The notes under the pieces are model-generated. The model saw only the letters and a list, made by a program, of their open reading frames with translations. It ran no database searches and was not told the DNA's origin. 64,000 nt of DNA from NCBI RefSeq assembly GCF_000143415.4, contig NW_003314406.1, positions 226,499 to 290,498 on the forward strand. Direction: 5' to 3'. The position numbers and the translations under genes were made by a program. Positions 38,603-51,800 of the stretch are shown one piece after another (position 1 is the first letter of the stretch; each line of letters begins with the position of its first letter). This DNA comes from Selaginella moellendorffii (Eukaryota; Plantae; Lycopodiophyta).

Positions 38603-40675
38603 ATGGATTTAGCTCCTGCAAGACCATGGGTTCCAAAAGAACACACTTACTTGGATGCATACAAGAGGCGGATGTACAAACCTTACTACATGAAGCCGAA
38701 GTTTGACATTTCAGAAGCACGCGGGTTCATGGAAACCTTTGAGACACATGAACCCCAGGTAACTCTTTGAGCTAGCATGCTTTACCTTGCAAACCTGCAT
38801 ATCTATTCATTTCAGTTTAGACCCATTAGGAAGTACATAAATCCCGAAAACGGGTATGAGACACCTTGGAAAAGTTGCCGTGGCAGCGGACAGTTTGACA
38901 TTCAGAGTCGGGTCATTCATGTAGGCAAAAATGGAAGCATTGTAACGCCATCAGGCGAGGTAAGACGACATGAGCACAGTTTGTCGGGCTAAATTTGTCA
39001 TGCTATGTAGTGGTGGAAGAAGGGTAAACGGTATTTAATACCAACAAGCGGTTCTTGGTCAGAACCAGCGTTCAAACCATCACTACGCTACATTCGCGCA
39101 AGTCTTAGTGACGATCAAATATGGAGGCCCTGCATTCGAGTTTACAGAGTGGCAAGGCCTCACTATTTCAACTCCAGACCAATACGACGTCGTTATCTTC
39201 CTCAGCAACCTGGCTACGATGACAAGTACGAGCGCCTGACTTCAAATGATGCTTATTCTGGAATATATCACCCCCGAAAGATCACCAGCATCAAGCCAGA
39301 ATGGCTGGGCTTTTCCAACAACGGAGTTCCATATGTAAGCTAGTTTCGCTTATGACCATCAATTTTCTGTTTTCTTTGTCGCTTCAGCTGCGGCCTTTCA
39401 GAAAAGGAGTCACAATGTACTTGCGTCGGCATCCACATATGTGCTTGTTTTCACCTGATCCACCTATTATAGTCGGTACACTTTCAATTTTGGGCAAGAA
39501 TTTACCTTTGGCTAATGCAGAGAAAATCACTGACGAAGAAGGTTACTGACTATTTTCATAAACACCCACAGTTGCAGCTCTTTAGTGCTGACTTTCGACC
39601 TGAGCTTACAAGTAAGTTCACCTTTTGTGGCGACGGTAACCTCATGATTGAGACCGTGCAGGAAGTCATCCATCATATGTTTCTACAACTAGATACAACG
39701 CTGGAGGACGTTACGATCACTTTGAGGACCGTAGCGTAAGACAATTAAAGATTTAGTGCCTCTTAACGTACCGTGTTCTTGTGGCAGTTCACAATACAGC
39801 CAGATGTACGGCTACCAGAACCCCTTGGAGCTCAACCCGTTCCTGATCACAGTCCTCGTATGATCCACAATCAGTATTTGATGTAATTCTTTCAGGTCTC
39901 TTCATAGTTAACCCATAAGTGCTGACTACGCAGCCTATTCAGAGGTCAAACCCATGCCAAGTCTTGCTGGGGATATAGTGGGTATTGATATTTTTGAGGC
40001 CAAGCCCACCAGGCTGATGGTACGTCATTATTAGCCTTTTGCTATTTATCCATATAGAATGATCTAATGCTTCTTTCTTCTCCAGAGTCCACGACTGTCT
40101 CAAAAGCCTTCTGTAACTTTAAGTTCAAATGTAAGTCCTATATCTTTTCTTCCTCCATTTTAGGATCTGATAAGAAGTTTCTGCGGTTGGTAAAAATTAA
40201 AAATGAAAAACGAGGAAGGTAAAAATTCATCCATGATCCTTTTGTGTTGCTAAATGTATCCAGTACAAGTGTAACTAATATGAGTACTTTACTCTTATTT
40301 TATTTGAGCTTTATAATGTGTTGCAGGAAGGCACGAATCAAAAACATCAGGAGAAAAGGCCACAATCCGTACTGGTGCATTATGATAATTTATGATCATT
40401 ATGTATATTCCTGACTTAGATTTTTACAGAATACTCAGGAGGGAATCCAGAAAAAGAAAGGGATGGAACAGGTAAACTTTCAAAATAGCCGAGGCTTCAA
40501 ATCATGTCGTAGGTACTTGGTCCAGAACGTTCACTCAAGATTTATGACAGAGTATATGAGGTCTTTCAGGCCGAAGTATCTGGTGAGCTTTTTTCAATAT
40601 TGTTCAGAACGAATGTTTTATAATTCTTCACAGCCTGAGAAAGCTAAAGCATCGCTACAGCCATGGACTGCTTAA
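38603..40675 (+). CDS. Uncharacterised multi-exon basic, Pro/Arg/Tyr-rich protein
   Basis: ATG at 38603 and in-frame GT-AG mini-introns (for example 38759-38815, 38960-39010, 39335-39388). Last exon PEKAKASLQPWTA* ends at 40675. Later exon boundaries were not fully resolved. Confidence 0.72.
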
Positions 40676-42995
40676 AGGTCTGCTTAAGGACAAAAATTCT
40701 GCAGTGTCATAAAGCACATCTTCACATTCAGCAAGGCATCATCGCCTGTCCTTCTCTTTCAGAAATAATATTCCTTCCCTGGTGTGAATTTTTCAGATTC
40801 AATTATACTAAATACTAGCAAAAGTCCCAGCTATGCTGGGAGCATCGTGTTTATTTCTGATGTTTGAGTAATTTCAAAGAGTTGTGATGATAATTGTAAT
40901 TTTTAGCATAATCATAATGATAACATACATAGTTAAACATAATATAATCTTTATATTAAAAATCCCTTCTACAATTGACACTATCACCAACACACATCAT
41001 AACATAATAAATATAACTCATAGCATTAAATCACATTTAAAAGCTTGATTGTAAAGCAAAGTCTTGGATCTTTTATAAATGGAATTCCTCACTATGAAAT
41101 CTCATGGCCAGATGAGTCATTTAAAGATTGAGATTTGGTAAATAATTTCTATTTTATTTGAAATCAATAAAATTGTTTAAAAAATATTATTTCTTGATGA
41201 TTCATTCAACTCTAAAAGTTTTCCTCTTAATAAAGTATATGCTACATAAAAATACTAAAATATAATGATGTTAAACAATATATATTTAAATCTCACTACA
41301 ACTATATACATCTTGTAAATTTACAAAATAAAACATTGTTATAGTGCTATATTTTATTTTAATAAAATGTAATAATTTATATTTATCCTTGATATTCTCT
41401 TTTTATCCTAATATTTATATTCATGCATTTTGAGATAAATCTTTAAAATTAGAAGTATTCTATCTTTTATCTTATACATATTTTTATATAGAAAGAATGC
41501 TAATCTGAAATAAGATTACTATCTCTATTATTAATGTACTTATATTTCAAATTAATGCTTTATAATATTGTTATGAAAGCTAAAATTTTATAATGACAAA
41601 TGAATGGTAAGGTTTTACTTTATAATGGGATGAAGTAGGGTTTGATGATCTATAATCTTTTTCTTTATGCTACAACTCTAATAAATCAGAAAATTCATGA
41701 ATGGTATAAAGATAGGTTTAATATAATTAAATTTCAATTGATGGTGAATCAAATTTCTTTATATGGTCCATGTACTAATGTTTTCTTGATCATATTTCTA
41801 CCTTACTATGTTTTCTATGTATAAATGCAAAGTGAAAAAAAGTGTTAGAAAATTTATGATATTACATGAATCATAGAATATATCTTAGCCACGATATCTC
41901 ACTGTGTTTAATTTAATCTATATTTTAATATATACCATACAATAACTGATAAAAACAAAATTATTTTACAGAATGTGAGTGCTTGAAATATGGAAAGGGA
42001 ATACAGAAAATGTGCATATCAATTAGCCCAAAAACTCTAGCTTATATACAGGAGTGAGTGGTCCAAATTGAAACCAATCCGATGGCTACCAAAATCCCAT
42101 TATGTTAATATTAGTATACGGCATCGTAGCCATACACTTGGCCCTCACATCATCCCCTTTTCTCGAAATAATGGAAAACCGTCAGAGTTCTCTTGTAGAT
42201 GGGCTAGGATCTGAAGGAACATCAGGAGGAGGCATTGGTGGATTTGTAGGTGGTATCAGCTGCTCCTGATCCCTTTGTATTAAGCGTTTCAACCGCTACA
42301 CATGCACAATCTCTGGAGGATCAACATGCTAGATGTTATGCCGAACCTCATAAACTTATGGCCTCAATTGTTGCAACACCCTATATAGTCCTTTCCACTG
42401 AGCAAGGAGCCCCTTCGATAAACCATGTACTGTAAGATGGGGAAAACGGACCAACACCACTTTGTACTCCGTAGGTGGATAATGATGGGAGTTGTAGTGC
42501 CATTTTTGTCCCACTTGTACACGGCCTAAGTGTTCAGTAGACTCTGCTCAGACAAGTGGAAGAATACTCATCAAATACTAATCCCACGACCTAACATCGG
42601 TAATTTGTTGCAATTGCGAAGGTAAACCCAATTTGATCATATAAGAGTTTATATGGTGAAGCATCAATAAAACTTTGCACCCTTGTGACATATGCATATC
42701 GAAGAGACGGTAAATAACCATCCCAATACAAATGCTGAAAGTTTACATACTTCGCGATCATCCCTTTGAATGTCCAAATGAGTTGTTCCACTAAACCATC
42801 TGACTATAGATGATAAACACTCGTAAAAGTGTGGTGTATCCCTAATTGAGACGTCAAAACATGAAATGCCTCAGCTATAAATCAGGACCATTATCCGAAA
42901 AAATCCGCTCTGGACAAGAATGCTGGAACACCACTCGATTGAGGAGGAAGTATCCAATAGTAGTTGCAAAGGCGCTAGAAAGAGCACCAACTTCC

Positions 42996-44577
42996 TGTAA
43001 GTCACTTAATCACATCTCCGACCACTTGGAGGAGTCTCACTCACAACCTCCATAAGTCTTATTTTGGACTTAGGGACTTGCTAGCCCTAAGAATGGCATC
43101 CATGCCACTCAACCATTGCACTTGGTCCAAGTGCTCCACATGTCCGATCCCATGACCAACACCCCAAGGTACCATCGACATATCAGCCTGTGACGCTAAG
43201 GCCATGCCCCTTCACCTTGGTCACACCGGTGGTCTAACACCACCAACATCACAATCCCATCTCTCAAGGATTGGGCCATCCATCCATGAGTGGTCATCCC
43301 AGATCCACTTCTTAGCATCCTTAGGATGCCCACAGACATGGGGGTTAGCCTTCCCCAATATCCCTTTTCCAATCCTCACCAAGTCCTTTTCTGTTCATGC
43401 CCGAGTTCACCAACACGGCCATTGGATCCAAGCCCACAAACCTGACCATTGAGTCCCTTGGTCCTCTGAGACTTCCTCCTCACATGACCATATCCTTGGT
43501 CTCTATACCAGAGGGCGGCTCTTCTTCCTTTTCACAGACTGGGACTTTGGGGCAACATTTCGGAATATTGTGGCCTTACGCGAGTCTCATGGGTACTCTC
43601 GCCACCTTCTGCCTTTGGGTGCTCTAGCCATGGGCTTAGAGCGAGGTTCTATTGAGCCATACTAGGTATCCAAGTAGGTAGTGCCACCCACACTTGGACT
43701 GGGAGCATAAGCCAGTCGATCTCCCGGGGGAACTAGAGCTGGCTTTTGAACACTTCACCAATCTACCCCACTTGTCAATCCGTGTTCACTCTAGTCTTGG
43801 ACTTCCCAATGGGCAGCTCATCACCCAACACTGGGTACAGCCTTTCCAGGCCAAACTGGCCTTTCCTGGCCAAACTGGCTCCACTGCAGTCCTCCCCCTT
43901 ACTATACTTTTGGAGCTCACCAAACCCCCTAGGGTCTGGGAGACGAATGCTTTGGGCTTTCACCCTCTCAGACTCGAACTCGGACTCGGACTCGGACTCG
44001 GACTCGGGCTTGGACTCGGGCTTGGGCTCGGGCTCGGTCTCAGTCTCGGTCTTGGTCCCAATCTTGGTCTCGGTCTCAATCCCGGTCTCGGTCTTGGTCT
44101 CAGTCTCGGTCTTGACCTCGGACTCCATCTCGGGTCCTTCTCGGACTCCATCTCAGACTCCATCTCGGGTTCATCTTGGACTCCATCTCGGACTTCATCT
44201 CGGGTCCATCTCAGACTCCATCTCAGGTCCATCTCGGACTCCATCTTGGACTCTATCTTGGACTCCATCTCGGGTCCATCTTGGGTTCATCTTGGGTCCA
44301 TCTCAGACTCCATCTCGAGTCCATTTTGGACTCCATCTCGGGTCCATCTCGGACTCCATCTCGAACTCCAACTCGGGTCCCTTTTCTAGAGACTCTTTTA
44401 TGGCTCGCTTCATGCTCATTCTTTGAGCGCTCCGTTGGGAGTTCCACTCCCGCTCTCGACCTTTCAAGTCGGAGCTTTTAATCCAAACGTGTTACGCTCG
44501 TTTGGCTTTCGCTTCGTCGACTACCACGTGGCACCCTTCTGGCTCCACTTTGGGGCCTAGGGATTTTGTGTCTCACA
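42996..44577 (-). mobile_element. Older solo LTR of family A with non-matching flanks
   Basis: Reverse complement of LTR A. The flanks CTTCC and CCTTG differ. Confidence 0.9.
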
Positions 44578-45883
44578 CCTTGCCCAAGAAGCGCTATACA
44601 TCATTCACACACTTTGGAGTAGGGAACTCTAGAACAGCCACAAGTTTGTCAGGATCAACTTGCAAACCCTCACAAAAAATACGGTACCTAAGATAGGTTG
44701 TGTCCTTGGTGTAAGGAACCAACTCCCCGAGATGTCATAGGCTAAAGTATCCCCGAAATCATGACCAAAATGGCAAAGAGTTCATCGGATGGGACCGGGT
44801 CTGAGATTGAGTCCAAGACCGACTCTAAGACAGAGTTCGAGATAGAGTCCGGAATCGAGCCCGAGGCCGACTCGGAGACCGAGGTCGAGACCGAGTTCGA
44901 GACCGAGTTCGAGACCGAGTTCGAGACTGAGTCCGAGACCGAGTCCGAAGTTGAGTCCGAGAACGAGTCCAAGACCGAATCCGAAGTCGGGTCCGAGATC
45001 GAGTCCGAGATCGAGCCCGAGACCGAGTCTGAGTACTAATACAGGTCAAGGGGTGATATCCCAAAGGATGCATCTCCTGGGGGGGGGGCTGCAGGGGGTT
45101 CCAAAAGTATAGTAGGGATAGTGAAGTCCAAGAACCAGTCTTGAAGGAACTCTCCAGTGGTGCTTCCAAACTGACTTGAGATTGAGACTGGGGCCGAGGG
45201 GCCTTGGGTGGGAGTGAGCATGGACTCGGGTGGTGCCAGAGGGGCCACCCAAGGAAGTGCTCAAGAGCAGCTCCCACTCCCAAAAGGGAAACCGATTGCG
45301 GTGCTCTCGGCTCATGTGGAGTGGTGCCCCACTTGAGTATCTTGTGGCTCATTGGTCCTCGCCCTTCCTAGGGGCTTGGGCCTTCCCTTCAAGATGGAAG
45401 TGGGGGGCTAGAGTTACCCATACCGGGCCATTAGGCCATGGTGTTTCGCCCTGGTGTCCCGAAGCAAGTGTTGCACCCAAGACTTGGGATTTAGAGGGTC
45501 CTATGATCAAGTCTTATGGTACCAAGGAAAGTTAAGAACTTGAAGGCTTGGTGTGCTTGGCTACTTGTGCCTGCAGGGAGTGTAGCCGAACCTTAAGTCC
45601 AGTCTAACCCGGGGAGGGGGATTGGGAGAGATTTGGGAATCCGTGGATGGATGGCTAACACTCCGTTGCTCGTGCAGTGAGTAGTTGAAACCAAGTAGGA
45701 CCTAGTAGGAGCTAGTACCATAGGTGGGAACCTTGGCAAGGGAACTTAGCAAAAAGCCAAGGCAATGTTGGACGGGTAGACGAGGTAAGCTGGCAAATTA
45801 AAAAGGAAAAATTTGTGGCTTACAATTTGGTATCAGAGCCTTTTCCTCAGTTCTAACGAAGGATAGAGGCGGATTGCTGGGAG

Positions 45884-48800
45884 ATGGCAAAGGCAGGGTG
45901 GAAGCGAACCAAGGCAGAGACAGAACCTCCTCCAAAGCTGGAGCCTAGAAGCTATGGATGAGGAATCCTTGCATAAGGAGGACTCCAGTGAGGAAACTTC
46001 CAAACAGGAGTCCGGTGGCGAGGTTCGGTCGTCCAAGGCTTTATTGGACATTCTAGAAGGATAGTTGGCACAGACCAACGCCCTGCTAGAGACTCTCGTA
46101 CGCAAGGTAAAGCGTGACGAGAAGTGGAAGAAAAAGTGAAAGACTGCGGATGCTGGCAGCGCAGAAGGTGCGGACCCTTCGGTAGGGACTGAGGCAGAAC
46201 CAAACAAGGTCAAACAGACCAAAGTGGAATCAGTCCCTTAGGCAGTTCCCAAGTACAAACCAAAGCCCCCACTGGTCTTCAAGGGAGTGAATAACTATAA
46301 GGTGGTGGAGGATTGGTTTTACGATATAGAGGACTACTTCTGAGCGTTGTGATTACCAAGCTCGGAAAAAGTCCCATGTGCAAAACCATACTTGGCAAAT
46401 AATGCCAAGTCTTGGTGGAGAATGACAGAGGCCAACGAAGGACCGGTGGCCACTTGGGACATGATGAAGGCGAGGATCCGCGCAACTTATGTTCTTCCGA
46501 ATGCTACTCTGCATCTAAGAGACGAGCTGAGTAGGCTGAAGCAAACCAGAACCATTTAGGAGTATGTGAATGGGTTTATGACAAAGAGGATACTTGTCAC
46601 TGACATGGGGGATATGGATGCGTTCCATGCCTTCATATCAAGTTTGCAAACCTGGGCTCGTGGTGAGGTGATGTGCTGGAACCCAACCAACTACAAGGAA
46701 GCATTGGATGCGGCCATCAAAGTGCATTTCAACGATAACCTGCGAAAGAGGAACGCGATGGGGTTGGGGTCCACATTTAGCAAAGGGGCCAAACCAAGGG
46801 GAACGTATTGCAAAAGGAAATTCAAGAAGAGTTTCTCTAAGAATGAGTCCTTGGGGTTCCGGAAAGGCAAATCCGGTGGCTAGCGAGCGAGTACGTGGGG
46901 GAGTCAAGCAAAAAGGGACAAACCCATGGATAAGAAGGTCAAGTTATTTAGCAACGAGGGAAACAACGTATGCTACAACTGCGGTGAAGCGAGACACTTT
47001 TCGAGGGAATGTCCCTACCCAAAGAAGGCCAGAGCTAATATGGCCATTAAGTCAGGTGACATCCAAACTGAGGTATGTGACCTAGTCCATAGCTCAAAGT
47101 TACTCATTACACGAGCAACTTTGGTAGAGAGTCATTCGCGACATCTACTAGCCCTCCGAGGGAAGCTTGGAGATAGCTTTGTTAAGATCCTTATTGACAC
47201 GGGTGCTTCGGATAATTTTGTGGCTACAGACATAGTCCGGCAAGCCGGACTAACGGTGTAGCAGCTGGGTAAACCAAGGACTATAGAGTTTGTTCAAGGT
47301 AGCCAAAGCACCGATGAGGTACTTTGACAAGCGAGAGTCGAAGTAGGGACATGGAAAGTAGACATGGATTTCACCATGTTGGACATGGCGGGATTTGACG
47401 TGATCTTCAAAATGGATTGGTTCAATCAATTCGTAGTAGCCCTGCATGGACAAGGTAGGAACCTTGTGATACTAGCGAATGCCCAAGGAAGAAGATCCAA
47501 GGTGGAGGTCCAGGATCTAAAGGTAGGGCAATGCAAGGGCAAAGATTCCTGCCTAAACTTGGTGTCCACGAGAGGACAACTCACTAAAGGAACCAAGGCA
47601 GCCTTTTTGTGCTTACTCTCAGTGAAGAATGACAAAAAGACAAGAACAGAAGAAGTACCTGTAGTGATCCAACGGGTGTTGGACCAATTCCAGGATACCA
47701 TGCTGGAGGAGTTACCAGCGGGGTTGCCCCCCGCACGATCGATAGAACATAAGATTGAGCTAGTCGAGGGTGTTGAGGCGGTGGTTTGTCCCCCGTATCA
47801 TTTGAACGAAAAGAACTCGAGGAGCTCAAGTGCCAACTAAAGGAGTTGGTGGACAAAGGGTATGTTAGGTTGAGCAAGTCGTTGTATGGGGCATCGGTGT
47901 TATTTGTCAAAAAAAAAGATGGATCTATGCACATGTGCATGGACTACCGGTTGCTCAACAAGTATACAAAGAAGAACAAGTACCTTTTGCCAAGGATTGA
48001 GGACCTGTTTGATAGGTTGGGAAAGGCAAAATACTTCTCAAGGATTAACCTAAGGTCAGGATACTACCAGATCAGGGTAGTAGAGGAAGATGTCGAGAAG
48101 ACAACCTGTCGAACAAGGTATGGGAGCTTTGAGTTTTTGGTGATGCCTTTCGGGCTATGCAATGCACCGGCAACGTTTTCGGCTTTGATGAACCACATCT
48201 TTGTACCCTATCTGGATCACTTTGTGGTTGTCTATATTGACGACATCCTGATCTATAGCGGAATGCTAGAGGAGTATGCCGAACACTTGACAAAGGTGTT
48301 TGAGAAACTAAGGGAACACCAGTTGTATGCTAAAGAGAGCAAATGTAACTTTGCTCAACAAAAGGTAAAGTTTCTTGGGCATGTGGTGGGCAAGGACGGG
48401 CTCAAAGTGGACCCTAAGAAGGTCCAAACGATTCAGAATTGGGAGTGACCATCGAATGTACACAAGTTAAGTGTGAGACACAAAATCCCTAGGCCCCAAA
48501 GTGGAGCCGGAAGGGCGCCACATGGTAGTGGCCGAAGCGAGAGCCAAACGAGCGTAACACGTTTGGACCAAAAGCTCCGACTTGAAAAGTCAAGAGCGGG
48601 AGTGGAATGTGAGACACAAAATCCCTAGGCCCCAAAGTGGAGCTGGAAGGGCGCCACATGGTAGTGGCCGAAGCGAGAGCCAAACGAGCGTAACACGTTT
48701 GGACCAAAAGCTCCGACTTGAAAAGTCAAGAGCGGGAGTGGAACTCCCAACGAAGTGCTCGAGGAATGAGAACGAAGCGAGCAAAAGGCGAGGCTCCAAA

Positions 48801-51800
48801 AAGGGACCCAAAAGGACCAACACATGACACGTGGGAGTGTCCGAGATGGACTCGAGTTGGAGTCTGAAGTGGAGTCCAAGATGGACCCGAGTTGGAGTCC
48901 GAAGTGGAGTCCGAGATGGACCCGAGTTGGAGTCCGAAGCGGAGTCCGAGATGGACCCGAGATGGAGTCCGAGATGGAGTCCGAAGTGGAGTCCGAGGTG
49001 GACCCGAGATGGACCCGAGTTGGAGTCCGAAGTGGAGTTCGAGATGGACCCGAGATGGATTCCGAGATGGAGTCCGAGATGGAGTCCGAGGTGGACCCGA
49101 GATGGACCCGAAATGGAGTCCGAGATGGAGTCCGAGATGGACCCGAGATGGAGTCCGAGATGGAGTCCGAGATGGACCCGAGATGGAGTCCGAGATGGAG
49201 TCCGAGATGGAGTCCGAGATGGAGTCCGAGATGGAGTCCGAAGTCGAGACCGAGACCGAGACCGGGACCGAGACCGAGACCGAGACCGAGATCGGGACCG
49301 AGACCGAGACCGAGGCCGAGGCCGAGACCGAGGCCGAGCCCGAGTCCGAATCCGAGTCCGAGTCCGAGTCCGAGTCCGAGTCCGAGTCCGAGTCCGGAGC
49401 CTGAGAGGGTGAAAGCCCAAAGCGTTCGTCTCCCAGACCCTGGGGGGTTTGGTGAGCTCCAAAAGTATAGTAGGGGGAGGACTGCAGTGGAGCCAGTTTG
49501 GCCAGGAAAGGCCAGTTTGGCCAAGGAAGGCCGGACCCAGTGTTGGGTGATGAGCTGCCCACTGGGAAGTCCAAGACTAGAGTGAACACAGACCGACAAG
49601 CGGGGTAGCTTGGTGAAGTGTTCAAGAGCCGGCTCTAGTTCCCCCGGGAGATCGACTGGCCGATGCTCCCAGTCCAAGTGTGGGTGGCACTACCTACTTG
49701 GATACCTGGTGTGGCTCAACGGAACCCGCTCTAAGCCCATGGCTAGAGCACCCAAGGGCAGAAGGCGAGGAGAGTACCCAGGTGGCTCGCGTAAGGCCAC
49801 GATGTTCCGAAATGTTGTCCCAAAGGCCCAGACTGTGGAAAGGAAGAGGAGCAGTCCTTTGGGGTAGTGACCAAGGACACAGTCGTGTGGTGAGGAAGTC
49901 CCAGAGGACCGTGGGACTTAGTGGTCGGGCCTGTGGGTCTCGATCCAGTGGCAGTGTTGGCAAACACGGCTAGGGGCGGAAAGGGACTTAGTGGGGACTG
50001 ACAGAGGGATATTGGGGAAGGCTATTCCCCTTGTCGGTGGGCATCCTAAGGATGCTAAGGAGTGGATCTGAGATGACCACTCACGGATGGTTTGCCTAGT
50101 CTTGGAGAGCCAAGACGGTGATGCAAGTGGTATTGGACTACCAGTGTGGCAAAGGTGATTGGGCATGGCCTTAGCGTAACGGGCTGCTATGTCGGTGGTA
50201 CCTTTGAGTGTCGGTCATGGGATCGGACACGTGGAGCACTTGGACCAAGTGCAAATGTTGAGTGGCATGGATGCCATTCTCGGGGCTAGCAAGTCCCAAG
50301 TCCTGGATTGGACTCATGGAGGTTGTGAATGAGACTCCTCCAAGTGGTCAGAGTTGTGGTTAAGTGACTAAAGTAGAATGGAAAATTTAGTCGCTTACAA
50401 TTTGGTATCGGAGTTGTTCCTTAGTCCGACTTTTATTGGTGCTCAAGTATATCACCACTAGTGTTGGCATCGGAAGGTCCGAGGAGTGGGCCTATCCTTG
50501 AGGAGTAGCAAGTCGGGAAGACATGGCTCTCCATTACAGTTCATGTGTGAACTTGTAGACGAGGTGGTGGATAGAAAAGGGCCAATAATGGAACGACTTT
50601 GGGATCTTGGGAACAGTATATGGTTTTCCTCAAAGAGTTGAGGATGTGATCTAGATGAGCGTTTGACTTAGCAAACTGGCTAATGTAGTTGCGATAAACA
50701 ACTACAGTTGGGATCACGGGAAAGATAAAGACTCCAAAGCAATAAAGGAGTCACAAGATTTTCCTCATATAGTTGAGGTTGGTGCTCATGAATGTGAGAC
50801 CAGAAGTAATGACCGTGGGAGGTCAAATACGGAAGAGGACTCAAGTCCTTGAAAAGGTAGCCGGGGCTACCTCTAATAAATGCTGGAACAACCCCAGGAG
50901 TTGGGGGTGTATTAAGTGGATGAGTTGGTGTTCTCATCACATGGACAAGTAGTCCTAAGGGGCAAAGGTTGCCCCCAGAGAACAAAATCAAGTGTCAGAG
51001 TAACACTTGTGAAAATAGTCCTTTTGAGTAGGACAGGAATGCAAGAAGTGTATTCCAGTGAGCTAGTGCCTCACAAGTAGGACCTTACGGGTCTGTGGAT
51101 TAACTAAGTCCAAAACTGCTGGATGACTCAAGTAGAGTCAACGGATGGTCCTAAAAGGACTGATGGAAGCATTTGGACTGAGGTGTGTTGTACCCCACAA
51201 AGGATGGGAGGGGATCATAGGATCCAAGGATGAGAACAGAGGGTATCTCATCGATGGCAAAATGTGCCATGCTAAAGTTATGGGAAAGGTGTTCCCAGAA
51301 GAAAACAACTTTGACATAAAGTTGTGTGTGACCTCTATGGTGCAGTGCTAACGGATGGTTGGCATGAGAAAGAGCGGTGTTGGTCTTGGCAAAGACTTAG
51401 ACACGAAGGGGAAATGTCATAGAGGTAGGCTCGTGGAGCCGATGGTGTGGAGACACCAAATGTGCCAAGGTGTGATACCTTGAGGCTATGTTGGTGGGTT
51501 CATGAGAACCCCTTGCCAAAGGAATCCCAATGGAAATGGGAATAGCATAGCCTAAGCTGCAGAGCATGCAGTTGGAGTGTGGTGACCCAGATAATGATGG
51601 AGGTGTGGAAGCACTAGCAATGAGTTGTAGGACTTGACAACTATGAGGCAACTAAGCAAGAGGTGCAAAATAACTGGTTAAACGGGTAGAAGGTAGCTAC
51701 CCAAGACTTCTTAATAGCATAGGGAAGTTGGATATACCCTTACGGGGGATAAGTTGCTTGTGTTGCGATATAGTAAGTCAATGTCATAAAAGGAAATACT

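Noticed and set aside
44705-44709. CTTGG next to several insertions (11547, 44705, 63866) as a shared target site
   Set aside because: The elements belong to different classes, the other TSDs differ, and CTTGG/CCAAG is very common in this window.
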